From positions 262,702 to 326,701 of the forward strand of contig RHPI01002069.1 of the NCBI GenBank assembly GCA_009103225.1: DNA of 64,000 nt, read 5' to 3'. Below are positions 27,301 to 38,961 of the stretch, piece by piece. A program made the translations under genes and the position numbers. The notes beneath the pieces were generated by a model. That model was given only the letters and a program-made list of their open reading frames with translations, was not told where the DNA came from and made no database searches. Each line of letters starts with the position of its first letter. Position 1 is the stretch's first letter. Source of the stretch: Chlorokybus atmophyticus (taxonomy: Eukaryota; Plantae; Mesostigma and Chlorokybus algae).

Positions 27301-27856
27301 GTATTCATCCTCAACTGATGATCTGTTTGTTCTCATGCAGCAAGCAGCCAACAGTCAGGTGATTTGTTGAAGGGTCAAGCGGCACATCATTGTCAAGTTA
27401 GCGGCTCAGCATCTTGACATGTTGTTCAAGTAACATTTGCTAGGTGACAGGTATACTTGTAGACCTAAATGTTGAGGCGATTTTATGTTGCAGTGGACTC
27501 CTAAGATTGCATTGCAATGCCGCCAGTACATGTTTAACAAGACTAAACCGATCATACAGTCATCTAGTTGCCTACGACCGTCAGGCTAGAAAGACAACAT
27601 GTCATGCTTCATTATCACGTAAACTATGATTGAAACACAGCCTAGCCTTGTATGCAGACAAGCAAACGGCGAGCACGATCTAACCCACCTCATCAAGGTA
27701 ATCTTCATCCAAGCGCAGCTTCTCATCGATGTTTCCGAAAAGAAAGCCGAACATGCCGGCGCCCTTCCCCTGCTGATCCTCCTCCTCATCTTCATCTTCA
27801 AACTCACCGTCGGCACGCTTGCGCCTGTCGTCATCATCGTCATCCTCCCAGAGCAT
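18306..27856 (-). CDS. TAF1: TFIID subunit 1 (TAF1/HAF-like): TBP-binding N-terminus, DUF3591 core with ubiquitin-like insert, zinc knuckle, four bromodomains
   Basis: N-terminus MLWEDDDD...GMFGFLFGNIDEKLRLDEDYLDE (ATG 27856). Core motifs LNISNDRYY, RFHRPK, GHIRLMEYSEEHPLLLSNIGMG, LETNMYHAPIF, DFLLVRT, EMAIRKRLRDCADY, VSPDMVCAYESM, LTRWQRIGLVREMS. Ub-like segment at 24284-24571; CGACGQ|QGHIRTDGICP knuckle. Four PDY...YN bromodomain repeats before the stop at 18306. Confidence 0.93.
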
Positions 27857-27977
27857 CTCTGCCTCGCTGGGGGCCCTCCTCCGACCCGGCAATCACCCCG
27901 TCGCCGCCCACATCGCCACCGCCGCTGCCGCCGCGATGGACACTGCCACTGTCATGCAGGCCAGCTTTGGCCCCTTT

Positions 27978-28005
27978 TAGGGTTTCAGTAGGCTGATTAG
28001 GGTTT
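27978..28005. promoter_or_regulatory. Two telo-boxes (AAACCCTA on - strand) upstream of TAF1
   Basis: TAGGGTTT at 27978-27985 and 27998-28005, 120-150 bp upstream of the TAF1 ATG, in the divergent TAF1/PTEN intergenic region. Confidence 0.55.
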
Positions 28006-28770
28006 GTTCACGTGAGATGGGAAGCTGCACACATAGGCGTAGGTAGCGTGTACTTGGCGTGGTGCCGGCCGCATCGGCGGGGAAGGAGGTCTTCAGCGCG
28101 TTGCCTTGCTTCACAATATTGCACACTTCAACCTGGGCCTTGCTCTCTGCTGCATCAGGCCACGTGGTGGAGCTGTGGTTGCACAGCGGCAGTTTTCTCA
28201 CCAAGCACTCCTGCGCTAAAAACTCAGCGTGGAACTGTGGGCATTGTAGCTTGCTGCCAGCTGGCTAGCAATCCAGTCCTGTGCTGCAAGGCTGTTTGAA
28301 GCGCTGATTTCAGCAACAGCGTTTATGGACGCACGACGGCGGATGCTGCAGCCTTGTGCATTGTGTCGCCATAACAGTTGACGACCTGAGCCTGGCGCTT
28401 AGGGCTTTGAGCGCTAGGATCAGCCATTGCAGCTCTTTCAAGGTGCGATTGTTGGAAGGTCACAGGATGTAACAGACGCAGTACACGTCGTCATTGCAAA
28501 TGCATTGCACGCTTGAAGTCGCAGTCGTTTCACAGCTTGATGTCATTGATCTGTTTAATGCGTAGCTGGTCTTCTACATGCCAATCGTTGTGCTTTGCGT
28601 TGTTGAGAGTCTTCTTAACAACCGCAAAGCGTCAGTCGTTTGCTGTGAGCAACAGCAGGTTGTCATCTTTATCAAGCAGACGACTACCAACCGTTTTCCA
28701 CGGTGGTTTCTGATCAGTGCCACTTAGTCGGCGCTCTGACGTTGGATACTTGGCAGATCGTCTCGCAATC

Positions 28771-31177
28771 ATGAGCTTCAATCGCTTTGCCACTGACTTG
28801 CGGCAAAAAGCCAGAAAGCTGGTTTGGCAGAATAAGCGTCGCCATCAGGTATACCACCTTACTTGACGTGGAGTGTTTTGCATGCATCAACAGGAGCAGC
28901 ACTTGCTTTGCTGTGCAATACGTCTTACCCCCCTGTGTCGCCTTGCACTGCAATACAAGCACATGCAGCGCATTTGCTGCTCGCTGACCCGCTGTCATGG
29001 CAGGAAAGTGGCTTTGATCTGGATCTTACGTACATCACTGAGAACATCATTGCAATGGGCTATCCAGCTAGCCGATCTGGCCTTTTCAGCAGATTTGAGG
29101 TAGTTGCTGGGAGTTTGTTGTGTGCACGGCTTTTTACACAGGTGTTGCCGTTTGTAGCATGACTTACAGTTGCCATGTACAGGGCCTGTACCATAACGAT
29201 ATGAGTCATGTGCTGCAGTTCTTGGAAACACACCACAAGGTATGCCATGCCGTGCGAAGGCGTACGATCTGGCTGGCTGCATTGTTGGTTAAGCTTCTGT
29301 TGTGGTATGTTGGTGCATGAAATAATTGCTAAGGTTGGTTTCAATTCTCAGGATTGTTTCAAGGTATACAACTTGTGTTCTGAGCGCGCTTATGACGCGG
29401 ACAGCTTTGATGGATTGGTGAGTACTGGAGGACATGTTATTGTACAGGGATGGGATCTGTGCATGCTGATTGCAGTTGGCCCATACTGCTGCACTGACTT
29501 TGCGGTGTTCAAGTCCAGCCATACTTTTTGTCCAGACGCAGTATTGGTCGCATGATGCCAGCAGCAACACCACTTGCACAGCATTTCCCATGCAGCCTGT
29601 TGCCAGCCATCAACCAACCTGTGTGTTCTGCAGGTAGCAGCATTCCCTGTTGAGGATAACCAGTGCGCCCCATTGCAACTGTTAGTGGCATTTTGCGAGA
29701 GTGCCAAAGCATGGCTGAGGCGCGGCATGAACAACGTTGTCATTGTACACTGTGGAAGCGGCGTGCATCGTACTGGGCTTGCGATTTGCTGCCTTCTTTT
29801 GTACTTGCGGGTGAGAAGACCGTAAGTACAAGACATATTGGCAGTTGCGAATGAGGTCAACCACTGTCTGCGATCTGGACATGTCCTAAGTTTGTACAGT
29901 GTTGGTTGCACGTCTGTATGTTCGCACTTAGCTTTGTTCCAAGCAGCCTCTGCCCTCTGCTCTCTTGTTTGCTGCTTTCCACAACAACAAGCTTGTTTCC
30001 ATGGCAAGCAGCAAGCAGTCGGTAGCAGGACACAAGTGACATGTTATCTGCGCCTGGCAGTTTGCGAACACTGCAGACGCTGCAGTTGCACACTTCAGCA
30101 GAAAGCGTGTTGCGGATGGGAAGGGCGTGACATTGCCCAGCCATCGGCGATACATAGCATACTTTGAGGAGTGGCTGAAAGGTCCGCGACCATCTCCGCC
30201 ACCGACTCAACTGAAGCTGCGTCACGTGCGGTTGCGTGATGGTCCGCCATGGCTCCGCCCCATTGTGACCGTTTCATCGCACGCGGGCACCCTCTGGCAT
30301 GCCAAGAACACTTCCATTGTTCCTGGCTTTGCGTCATCTCTTTGGCGTCAAGGTGCCACAGAGAAAGTGTCTAGCCCTACAGCGAAAGGTGGCATGCGGG
30401 ACCTAAAGGTGTACGAGCTCGTGCCACGCATCACTGCAATCTTGGCAGGAGATTTCAAAGTCACCTTTCAAGATGAGTTTGGGGAGTTCTCGTGTTGGTT
30501 GAACACAGGCCATGTGTCACACAGCGTGATGCTGAAGGGCGGGGAACTGGACTTCTTTGGTCGTAGGCTACAAGCCGGCCGTGAGTTTGCCATTGAACTT
30601 GTTTTCAAGGACGCAACTACACCCGATAGCACACGCGCAAGTCAAGATGAGAATGCTTTGCAAGGTACAATCCCATCTTGTCATCACCTTGAGTAAATCA
30701 CGTCCGTGGATCAGCAGCACTCATCTCATCTCAAACATCATGTGAATGCCGATAGTGGCATGATAGCAGCAGGCAAGCTGCCCTTTGACAATTTTGTGCA
30801 CAGATCGCCCGCGTCAGGCACAATCTGCTGTGGAAACCTCTGCCCAAGGTTCTCCGCGCACAAGTGTTGCTCCTGTAGCAACCAAAGCAGCAGGGTCCGC
30901 GAGTGGTACGCAGTCTGAGGAAGATGCAATCTTTTCAGATGACAATGAAACACCACGTGCTTCAACGGAACAAGAAAAGCAGGGCACGCTCAGCAACGAG
31001 ACTGCAGAAGGTATCTCTGAGACTGCAGCCACGAGCCCGCTTCCAATGTCGGACGTGCAGAGTGAACCAGTGAAGGCAACCGCGCAGCCCCCTGATACTC
31101 AACCGTCAGCAGCCAATGGACAGTTTGCTGGCGCAGATCCTGGCGTGTTTGCTCTGGACTCCGACGAAGACGATTAA
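28771..31177 (+). CDS. PTEN: PTEN-like phosphatase with C2 domain and acidic tail; non-canonical P-loop HCGSGVHRTG
   Basis: Spliced reading MSFNRFATDLRQKARKLVWQNKRRHQ|ESGFDLDLTYITENIIAMGYP...GLYHNDM...FKVYNLCSERAYD...FPVEDNQCAPL...VIVHCGSGVHRTGLAICCLLLY...DGKGVTLPSHRRYIAYF, then a C2-like exon (30127-30664) and a final exon to the stop at 31177. Confidence 0.88.
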
Positions 31178-32089
31178 GCAATGGGTAGGCTGAGTATATG
31201 TGTGTGCGCGCATGGCATGTCAGTGCAGAGGTTTGTTTAGTGCAAGCATGTTGCACTCGCTTGTGGTGATGTAGCCAGTCGGTGTACTTGGCATGTTGCA
31301 GCTGCCACCATGAGTCTAATCCGTGGCCAAGCTTGGTCTTCCATGGCCCTATGTATGTAGTTGCCCGGCCAAGGTGCATGCATGCTGACATGCGGTCCTT
31401 CCCTGGCGCAGACTCACACTGGACAGTTGCATGTCATTGTGTGGTATTGTGTAAAGAAGTAAGCATCCACATGGGGGTCTTGCAGATACGCGGGCTTCTA
31501 TATAGCAAATAGCTGCACTGTTATTTGTCAAACATGACAGCATGTGCGCTATCAACCAGGCTGCGCATCATGTCAAGGGTCAAGCATTATTTGTACCATG
31601 GCCACCATCGACCTGCTGTACATGTGTACATGTAGTAGTGGTTTCTCTGGTGACAAGTGCACCTGTTGGCAATAGAGATGTGTTGGTAATTGGGTAGTGG
31701 GGTCTATACAGGCTCCCCGGCACTGGTGCACAAGGGATGGCATGCTATAGAGGGCGCATGCATGGTGTGGAGCGCAATGCACACAACACGGCATTGCATG
31801 CTCTGTACACAGACAGTTGCAACCAGTCTCACCAGCTGTGCTCGTCGGTGGTGCAGAGCCGGCGCCTTGCTCTGCCGCCCTGATTGATGTTTGGCGTTGG
31901 CAGCATTTTCGCGCGCAAGTGGGCGTCAACTCTGATGGAGCAGGTGTTATCCACGTCGCGGCAGCCACTGCCTGTGCGTTTGTGATGTGCTGTGTGCCGT
32001 GGGAGTGTAGAGTGATTGACAGTGTGGGGACTAAAGTGTACAAAAGATGGAGTGCTGATAAGACCGCATGCAAGGGGTCATAAGCATGA

Positions 32090-32240
32090 GACATGCATGT
32101 AGTCATGCACACGCCGCAAGTAAACAGTCAGCAGCAGTCACAGTGCTATTTCACCACCGGGCTAGGTACTTCTAACGCACTCAACTACCACTACTTGGCT
32201 ACCCCGCTAGTCATGCATGCATGCATGTATGTTCCATTAT
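32090..32240. repeat. Dispersed repeat copy (CACCACCGGGCTA core at 32152)
   Basis: The 13-mer core is identical to 33171 and to 53636 (reverse strand). CATGCATG-rich flanks; shared CCCC(G/A)(C/T)TAG(T/A)CA segment. Confidence 0.6.
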
Positions 32241-32380
32241 CACCTGCGGCACGGTTGTGGTTAGTGGTCAGCCTTGCAGCGTCCACGACAACAGCAGACT
32301 CAACGAACTCCCCCCTCTCTCCGCCTTGCCGCCGCCAGCTCACTTAACGCTCTACCATCACTCAACAGCCGCTTAGTCCT

Positions 32381-32388
32381 TAGGGTTT
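32381..32388. promoter_or_regulatory. Telo-box not associated with an identified coding gene
   Basis: TAGGGTTT at 32381, next to a GC-rich CCGCC patch at 32310-32340. Confidence 0.35.
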
Positions 32389-33109
32389 CACATGCATACG
32401 TCAGCATGACATCACACTAGCCAGCAGTCGCTGTGTACGCCAATCCCGATCACACGGGCAGGTGGATCTGCTCCCCGTGTACTTGACCACGTCCCTTGCT
32501 TGGTCTTGTGTTCCTTGTGAGGGAGTCACCGATGCATGCCATGATTACATGGCTCTGTGTCTGTTGGTAGCCAGCATGGGGCGCACTACAAATCCGCGTA
32601 CATTGGTACATAGTAGGTTTCTCAGCTACGTAGCAGCAGTAACATGTAATAGGGTATAATAGAGGGGCCACAAGCAAACAAGCAGACACACAACAACCAA
32701 AGCAATAGACCACCACAAGGCACATACAACTAGCTAGCTATGTGGCTGGACCTAGGTGCATGCAAGGCAGGCAGTGAGGCAGGCAGTAGGCAGGCAGTAG
32801 CAGCTATGATGGCCCTGCCAAACTACCTGCACTGTAATGTAATGAAATGCAACCCACTATTATTTGGGGTTGGTGACCATCAGATAGAAATGCACAGATG
32901 CAGCATTGACCATAGCCATGGACGATGTGCATGTTATTGCTATAAGCGTGTGCACAAAAGTTGCAAAGGGCAATTCCACATGCAAATCTGCTTGAACATG
33001 CAGTCTCACATGTGCGTGTCAACTGCATTGTGCACGGCTGTTTCAATGAGAGAGGGCCATTCTACACAAGCATGCCGAGTGTACAAGGTATGTGTGCTAT
33101 TAAGCACAC

Positions 33110-33240
33110 GCATGATATGCACACAATCACTCCAGCATTACATGAACACTAGTATACATCTCACCGCTGTCACCACCGGGCTAATCTACTGCACTTAACT
33201 ACCAGCTACCAGCCTTCCCCATTAGACATGCATGTACATA
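33110..33240. repeat. Dispersed repeat copy (CACCACCGGGCTA core at 33171)
   Basis: Same 13-mer core and downstream ACTACC...CCCCCATTAGACATGCATG segment as the 32152 copy. Confidence 0.6.
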
Positions 33241-33552
33241 GTGTGGTAGGATAGCCAGGTGGTGGAATATATGTGAGGGTGAGTGTGGACTGCTTGCTGT
33301 GCCAATGCATACGTGTGATGAATGACACTATGCATGGGCAGTGACGCAGCGCATTATACAGAGAATGCGCAACACGTATGTGTGTACATGCACACGTTTA
33401 TCATTACCTGCCCACACGGGCTGCTGTGTCAAGAGCCTCTAATTTTTTTACTCTCACAACCACGCACAGTTGACACAGTTGACATGTCCCGCTTTGGCTA
33501 TAAGAGACAGTAAACCCTCAAGACTGTTAAGATGGTGTGGTCGCCATGCGCG

Positions 33553-36500
33553 TTACCCTGTCAATATGGTTTTCCAATTGATGCTTAGCAACTGCGCGTG
33601 GGTCAGTGTTGTAGGGCAACATGATGGGGGGGGTGCCGATAAGTTTATTGAGAGCGCCGGTGCTTTTAGACGTGGGAAGGTGATAGGTTCTGGAAGCCCG
33701 CCTGAAGTAAACCAACACATCAGGGCACATGTAATGCTGCATGTTACATCATTGCAAGCGCGTCCTTGCGCACAGATACCAGGACAAGAAAGTACGGCAA
33801 CGGCCCATGCATGAGCAGAACACAACAGCAGTACTCTGCGACCATTCCAGACTGTACCCTCATGATAAAGGCTGGCACAGCGCGACCTGTTGTACCTGAC
33901 TCTCCGCTCGCGTTTCAGCTGAATGTCACCACACAGTTGACCAGCGCGGGCCCCTTTGGAGGTCAGATCCACTTCAAAATGGTAGGTTGGTTCACCAGCC
34001 AGATGGGACTCCACAAGGTCACGCAAAGGCAGCATGCCGCGTCCGCAGCAATCATCGTTCCTCGCAATATCATAATCCATGACCCTTATCAAGATGATGT
34101 CATACTGAAGCACATCCAGCTCTTGCGTCACCAACGCAAGCTTTGGAAGCGTCTGCCAAGCAGCTATGTTACTGATTGCAATTGGATATGCACACAACAT
34201 GAAACATGCTGTGGAGCAGTAACTGACCAAGTACTTGCCTTGGGATCCCAGACAGGGTTTAGACACTTGTAGATTGTGGGCGTTTGCTCTGGTATGACCA
34301 GCGCAGGACCTTGAAACACTGTGTAAGGATCTGAGGTTCCTTCAACGTCTTTGGCAAGCAAGCTGTAGCCCGAAAGCGACATGAACACTATGTGCCAGCA
34401 CTCCTCATCAATGGCCGGCTCTTTCGTGTCTCGGGGAGGGTCGACAATGGGAACCTCAAACGTGGCGCAGACAGGTTTATGGTCGCTTGTGACAACGAGT
34501 GGAGCTGCTCGGTATAGCAGCTGCTTGACTGGTAAGCTGGATACAGACTTCCACAAGATACGATCACACCATGCTGGCAGTCGTGAAGTCAGGTATCTGC
34601 AGCCGTGAGGGAAGTCATCCACCACCTCGTTGCGGTGCACCTGTAGGCGCATGACAGCGCAGTTGAAGCGCAATGACTACGCAGTCTTGAGGAGTTTGCA
34701 GCTCGAGACAACTTGCAAAAACAGCTTTCATGTTTGCGGCCATGCTGCTTACCAGAAGGCAGCACACACTGTGCAATCACAACAGACATGCCTCAAAATG
34801 CAAGGTTTTTAGCCCTTTATGATGCAGTTGCCGCAGTTCTGACCTTGAAAGTTGGTGCAAAGGTGATGTCGCCTTCCTTGAATCCAGAAAACACTTTTTT
34901 CAACTTGATGTCTCTGTGGAGCTCGTCATGAGCGAGCAATCCGCTAAAGCTTCCTTGGTTTATTTGCTCCAGAACCCTGTTGAATTCCTCAGTATTTGGA
35001 CTTTTAGCACTAGTCTTGCTTTCAAACGATTGTGCAGCCGGCAAGTCCAGGCGATAATTCAGATCGCCCATCCAAAACACATGGTGAAACTGAGTGAGCA
35101 GGTCCATGTCCTTCTGCCCAATGCTGATCTCACCAACAATCTCTGCCATGCAACCACATACCATGAGCCACCACCAAGGCTGCAGCACACTACCAGTCCA
35201 GGAGCATGCCAAGTCGCAAGGCTCAATGGAAGCAGTTGAGCAGTACAAGTGGAGTCTGCATTTTGCAGCTGCATTCCCACAGTCTGTTTCACCTCGAAAG
35301 TTGCTGTTGCGCATGGCGCATTGTCCAGCATGTGCTGCAAAATGCGAGTTAACAAAACAGAGCCAGGTGTCTCCAACCTGCAAACATATGAATCAAAACG
35401 GACATGGGACATAAGGTGGACTGAAGGTGTGCGAATGTGCATGCGTGGTGTGTACCTTGAACGCGACTGCCACGCCTCCTTTATTCGAGTACACATGGCC
35501 CACACCTGTCGCCTCAGTGCCGCACGTCAACCCACATATCCTGCCCTGCAGATGAACAACCTTACAGCATACTGCAACACCACTCACCACACATCAACTC
35601 CTCATCACCCTGCTTTTGCATGGCCCGCACAACTACCATACCTCGGCATCGTCACGGACAAAAGCCAATAATCGCATCTGGCCAAGTGACTGCGATGTCA
35701 GCAACCGATAGCGTGGTCCTAGGTGCTGCTTAAAGTGCTGTTGCCAATCTTCATCACAACTCGAGTATGGTGAGCGTGCTGAGTACTGACACTCTTGTGC
35801 ACCGACAACCACAATATGGTTTGATTCGTCCTGAGGGATCCAGCTAGAAAGGTCTGCAGGCTGTGCACAGAGTCCATTACTGCATGCTTCGACGCCAGAC
35901 TACTCGGCAATTGGTCAGCCACTTGCAGTAGACCAGGGCGAACGGCATTGCACGCTATAACAATCATTCTATACTTGTGCACATCACTCGCTTGAACAAC
36001 AACAAAAGACATTGCATCATGCCGACAGGTGTTGTGTTCGATCTGTGCTTGAAGTGGGAAACAATTGACAATCACACGCATGGCACAAGCAGTGCAAAAG
36101 AGCACTGCCTGCAAACAATGCAACGTACTGGAGGGGCGTTGCCAACGTTCCACGTGCCAATAAACACTTTAACATTGTGCTCGATGTCTACGCGCAACAG
36201 CGCAACCTCAATCTGGACCTGTCATATGCACCGAGCACAGAGTCAGAGCGCATAAAGCCAAAGCGTAGCAAACAGAGCAAATTATACCTCTCCTGCACGT
36301 TCCTTCTTGCCGGACTTGTTATACAGAGGGTACCATGCTGGTTCTAGGGCATGAGCTCCTGCAGTCCATGTAATTTATGCAGGAACGTCAAAACTTGTCT
36401 CAGTTGTGAGACGCAATGTGCAAGCTGTAAAGGTCAATTGCTGCGGCAATGACTGCACACACCGCTTCGCACAGCAAAACACATTTGCCTGCAATAAGAA

Positions 36501-36972
36501 ACACACCTTGTAGCAATCGCCGCACCGGTATTGACTCACAGCGCCCTAAAAATACTTTACGTATACGAATGTGTTTGCTGTACACCCTTAGCCCAACATC
36601 CACTGCCTGCTGCAAGGTCCAATCAGAATCAACACACTGCCAATAACACACTTATCAAGTTCGCACCTCGGATGGAGTAACTGGAAACTCAAACGCTTCA
36701 TGCCACACTGGAGAACTGGTGCCCCATTTCTGCAATGAGCTGCAAACATCAATTAATGCTGTAGGCATGTTGTACGGCATGCATGCAACCAACTGACTCA
36801 TGCATGCATGCGGCATAGCCATGTACCGTGCTGGTGGTCTGGTTGTCTGAGCCAATAAGCACTTTTACTTGGGGAGCAACTTCGCCAACACTAAGCTTAT
36901 ACTTCAACCCTCTGGCTTGTAACACATTGATGCGCAACCGCCAACTGCCACGTTTGCTTGCGGCAGGAGAGG
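33553..36972 (-). CDS. SHIP-like inositol polyphosphate 5-phosphatase with N- and C-terminal C2 domains (both termini approximate; 5' exons may extend to ~38 kb)
   Basis: N-terminal C2: LRINVLQARGL...SPVWHEAFEFPV...VFLGRCESIP. IPPc motifs: VFIGTWNVGNAPP, HIVVVGAQEC, NKGGVAVAF, LCFVNSHFAAH, HHVFWMGDLNYRLD, EGDITFAPTFK, PAWCDRILWKS, TSDHKPVCATF. C-terminal C2: AKDVEGTSDPY...KCLNPVWD...IRVMDYD...DDCCGRG. Confidence 0.88.
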
Positions 36973-38167
36973 CTGAAAATGATGATGATGGAGTGGAGCC
37001 CTGAAATAAAGTCGTGAACAGTTGTTAGTCGTGCACATGCATGTGACATTGGTGCGGTCACAGTGATAGTAGTAGATGTGAACACAGTGCAAGCTTACAC
37101 GACACAACAATTGTCAGTGAGATTGCACAAGTAACAACGCTGCCAAAGGCACACAAAGGCCATGGAGATTGCGCAGTGGCTAACTACCATGCAACCTTGC
37201 AAACAGATGCTGCGAGCACGCAACTACAACGGACTTCTGAGATTAATGTACAAACATGCAATCGAGCACAACCGTCAGGCAACGGGCATTAAGTCAGTGG
37301 CAAGATTCAGTGCTACAACTTGCTTCCAACCAGCATCAACCCGCACGCTGCTTGACCTGGCAACCGACTGTACCAAACTAGCTGCTACCTGTCCGCTTCC
37401 CAGCGAATGCTCCTCCGACGCTGAAGCACCGACCATCACACCGCAACAGCGGCACTCACAGCGGCTAACGCTCCATCAATGCTAGCTGCTGTCCAACCGG
37501 GACCACCTGCTGCAGCTGCACCGCTTCAAAACCAGCTTCTTAGCTTCAACCCGCGAGCCTCGTTCCTCCAAGCAGGTTACCAAGAACAAACCTGTCTCTT
37601 CAGTCCTTTGGCTACTGCATATCAGCTTTTAGAAAGCCACCACGCCACCAAGACTGCTCCCGTCGACCAGCAGCAGGTTGCAATGAGAGATTGCTGTGCA
37701 TGACGGGCCTCTGTCTCTTCCCCAAACTCGTCTCCTCCCTGCTCGTTTTCGTCCGCCACGACCACCGCCACCACAACAGCCGGAGCAAGCAGCGTAGCTT
37801 CCACGTGTCAAGCAGCTGCTTGCCTGCATGTTGCTTGCTTTCGCGACTTGCCTTTTTCAAGTGCAGCGTTGCAGCACCGACGCGGTGCACCAACGCTGGT
37901 GCCTGAATTCCCTTCTGGTCTGCTGTAGCTCGGCACGGCAGCAGCGTCAGAGGTGCCGTTGTTGCTGCAGCAGACAGAGCGTTTTCGTTACGTCGCCTCA
38001 GCTCGGCTGTCACGTACTCTCACTGCTCACTCCCCACATAACCCACAGGACCGGACTGATTCACTAATACATTGATTCATTAGTTCATAGCTCCCGATGC
38101 AGCGCGCTGGTTGGATTCGTCACTGACTCACTCGCCCTGTCGCCTACCGAGTTTACGCCAGTAGCCA

Positions 38168-38175
38168 AAACCCTA
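38168..38175. promoter_or_regulatory. Telo-box AAACCCTA between the 5-phosphatase and the DJ-1 fusion gene
   Basis: Exact AAACCCTA in a divergent intergenic region. Confidence 0.45.
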
Positions 38176-38961
38176 ACCCGACCGGCTCATGCGTTAATAA
38201 GGCCTCCTGGTTACCTGGTTCGTTCGCAATAAGATTCCCCAGCGTACCCCAGCGCTACCGTCTGTACTAGCATATGACGTGCGTTATGTGGGTAGCTTCA
38301 AAGCTCACGTCACGTCGCCATTTTTATCTGAGGCACTGTTATGGTGCTTGCAGGCTGGCTGGTGGTTGACGGCAAGACGGAGGGAGTCAGCGGCAGGAGG
38401 GTTGTCGTCGTTGGCGGTGGTGGCGCCGGGTGAGGCCTTGGTCAACTGGTCGTTGACAGCGTTGCCGATTGCTGCTCTGTGAAGGCTGCTCATCTGCCCG
38501 TGCCGGTATGATGATGGCATGCTGGTGGTGGTGTGCATGGTGACGTCGCTTGTGCAGAAAAGGACGTGTGGGTGCAGCGTTGCCTTGTAACTTTGCCCGC
38601 GAGCTTGCAGCGATTTGTTCTTGGCAAGACTGTCAAGCTGTGGCCAGTGTTGTACACAGACAAATGTGACTTGACCTTGTCTGCAGCTTGGCTTCCGCAC
38701 GTAGGTTGCGCATCAGCGTAGGAGGGCTAGGCTACTATTCTTGTGTGCCATGTTGCGGCAGAGGAAGTGTGGTCCACAGTTGCATTGTGCAGCAGCAATA
38801 GCTGTATGCCTTTCCCAGTCTTTGTTGTTTTTGCTAGCTGCAGCATCCCTATTAATGACAATGCCATCGCTGTGCAAAGTGGTTCTTGTCAACATTGCTT
38901 TATCGTAGCATCGCCTATACACTCACATACTTCGGCACAACATCTCTACACTGCAGGCAAC

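Noticed and set aside
32765-32798. Three tandem AGGCAGGCAGT units
   Set aside because: Ordinary short minisatellite with no spacers; not CRISPR-like. No CRISPR arrays, rRNA or convincing tRNA genes were seen in the window.
33140-33215. 5S rRNA-derived (Cassandra-like) origin of the dispersed repeat
   Set aside because: Only patchy resemblance to the 5S internal promoter boxes, with wrong spacing, and it is not shared by all copies.
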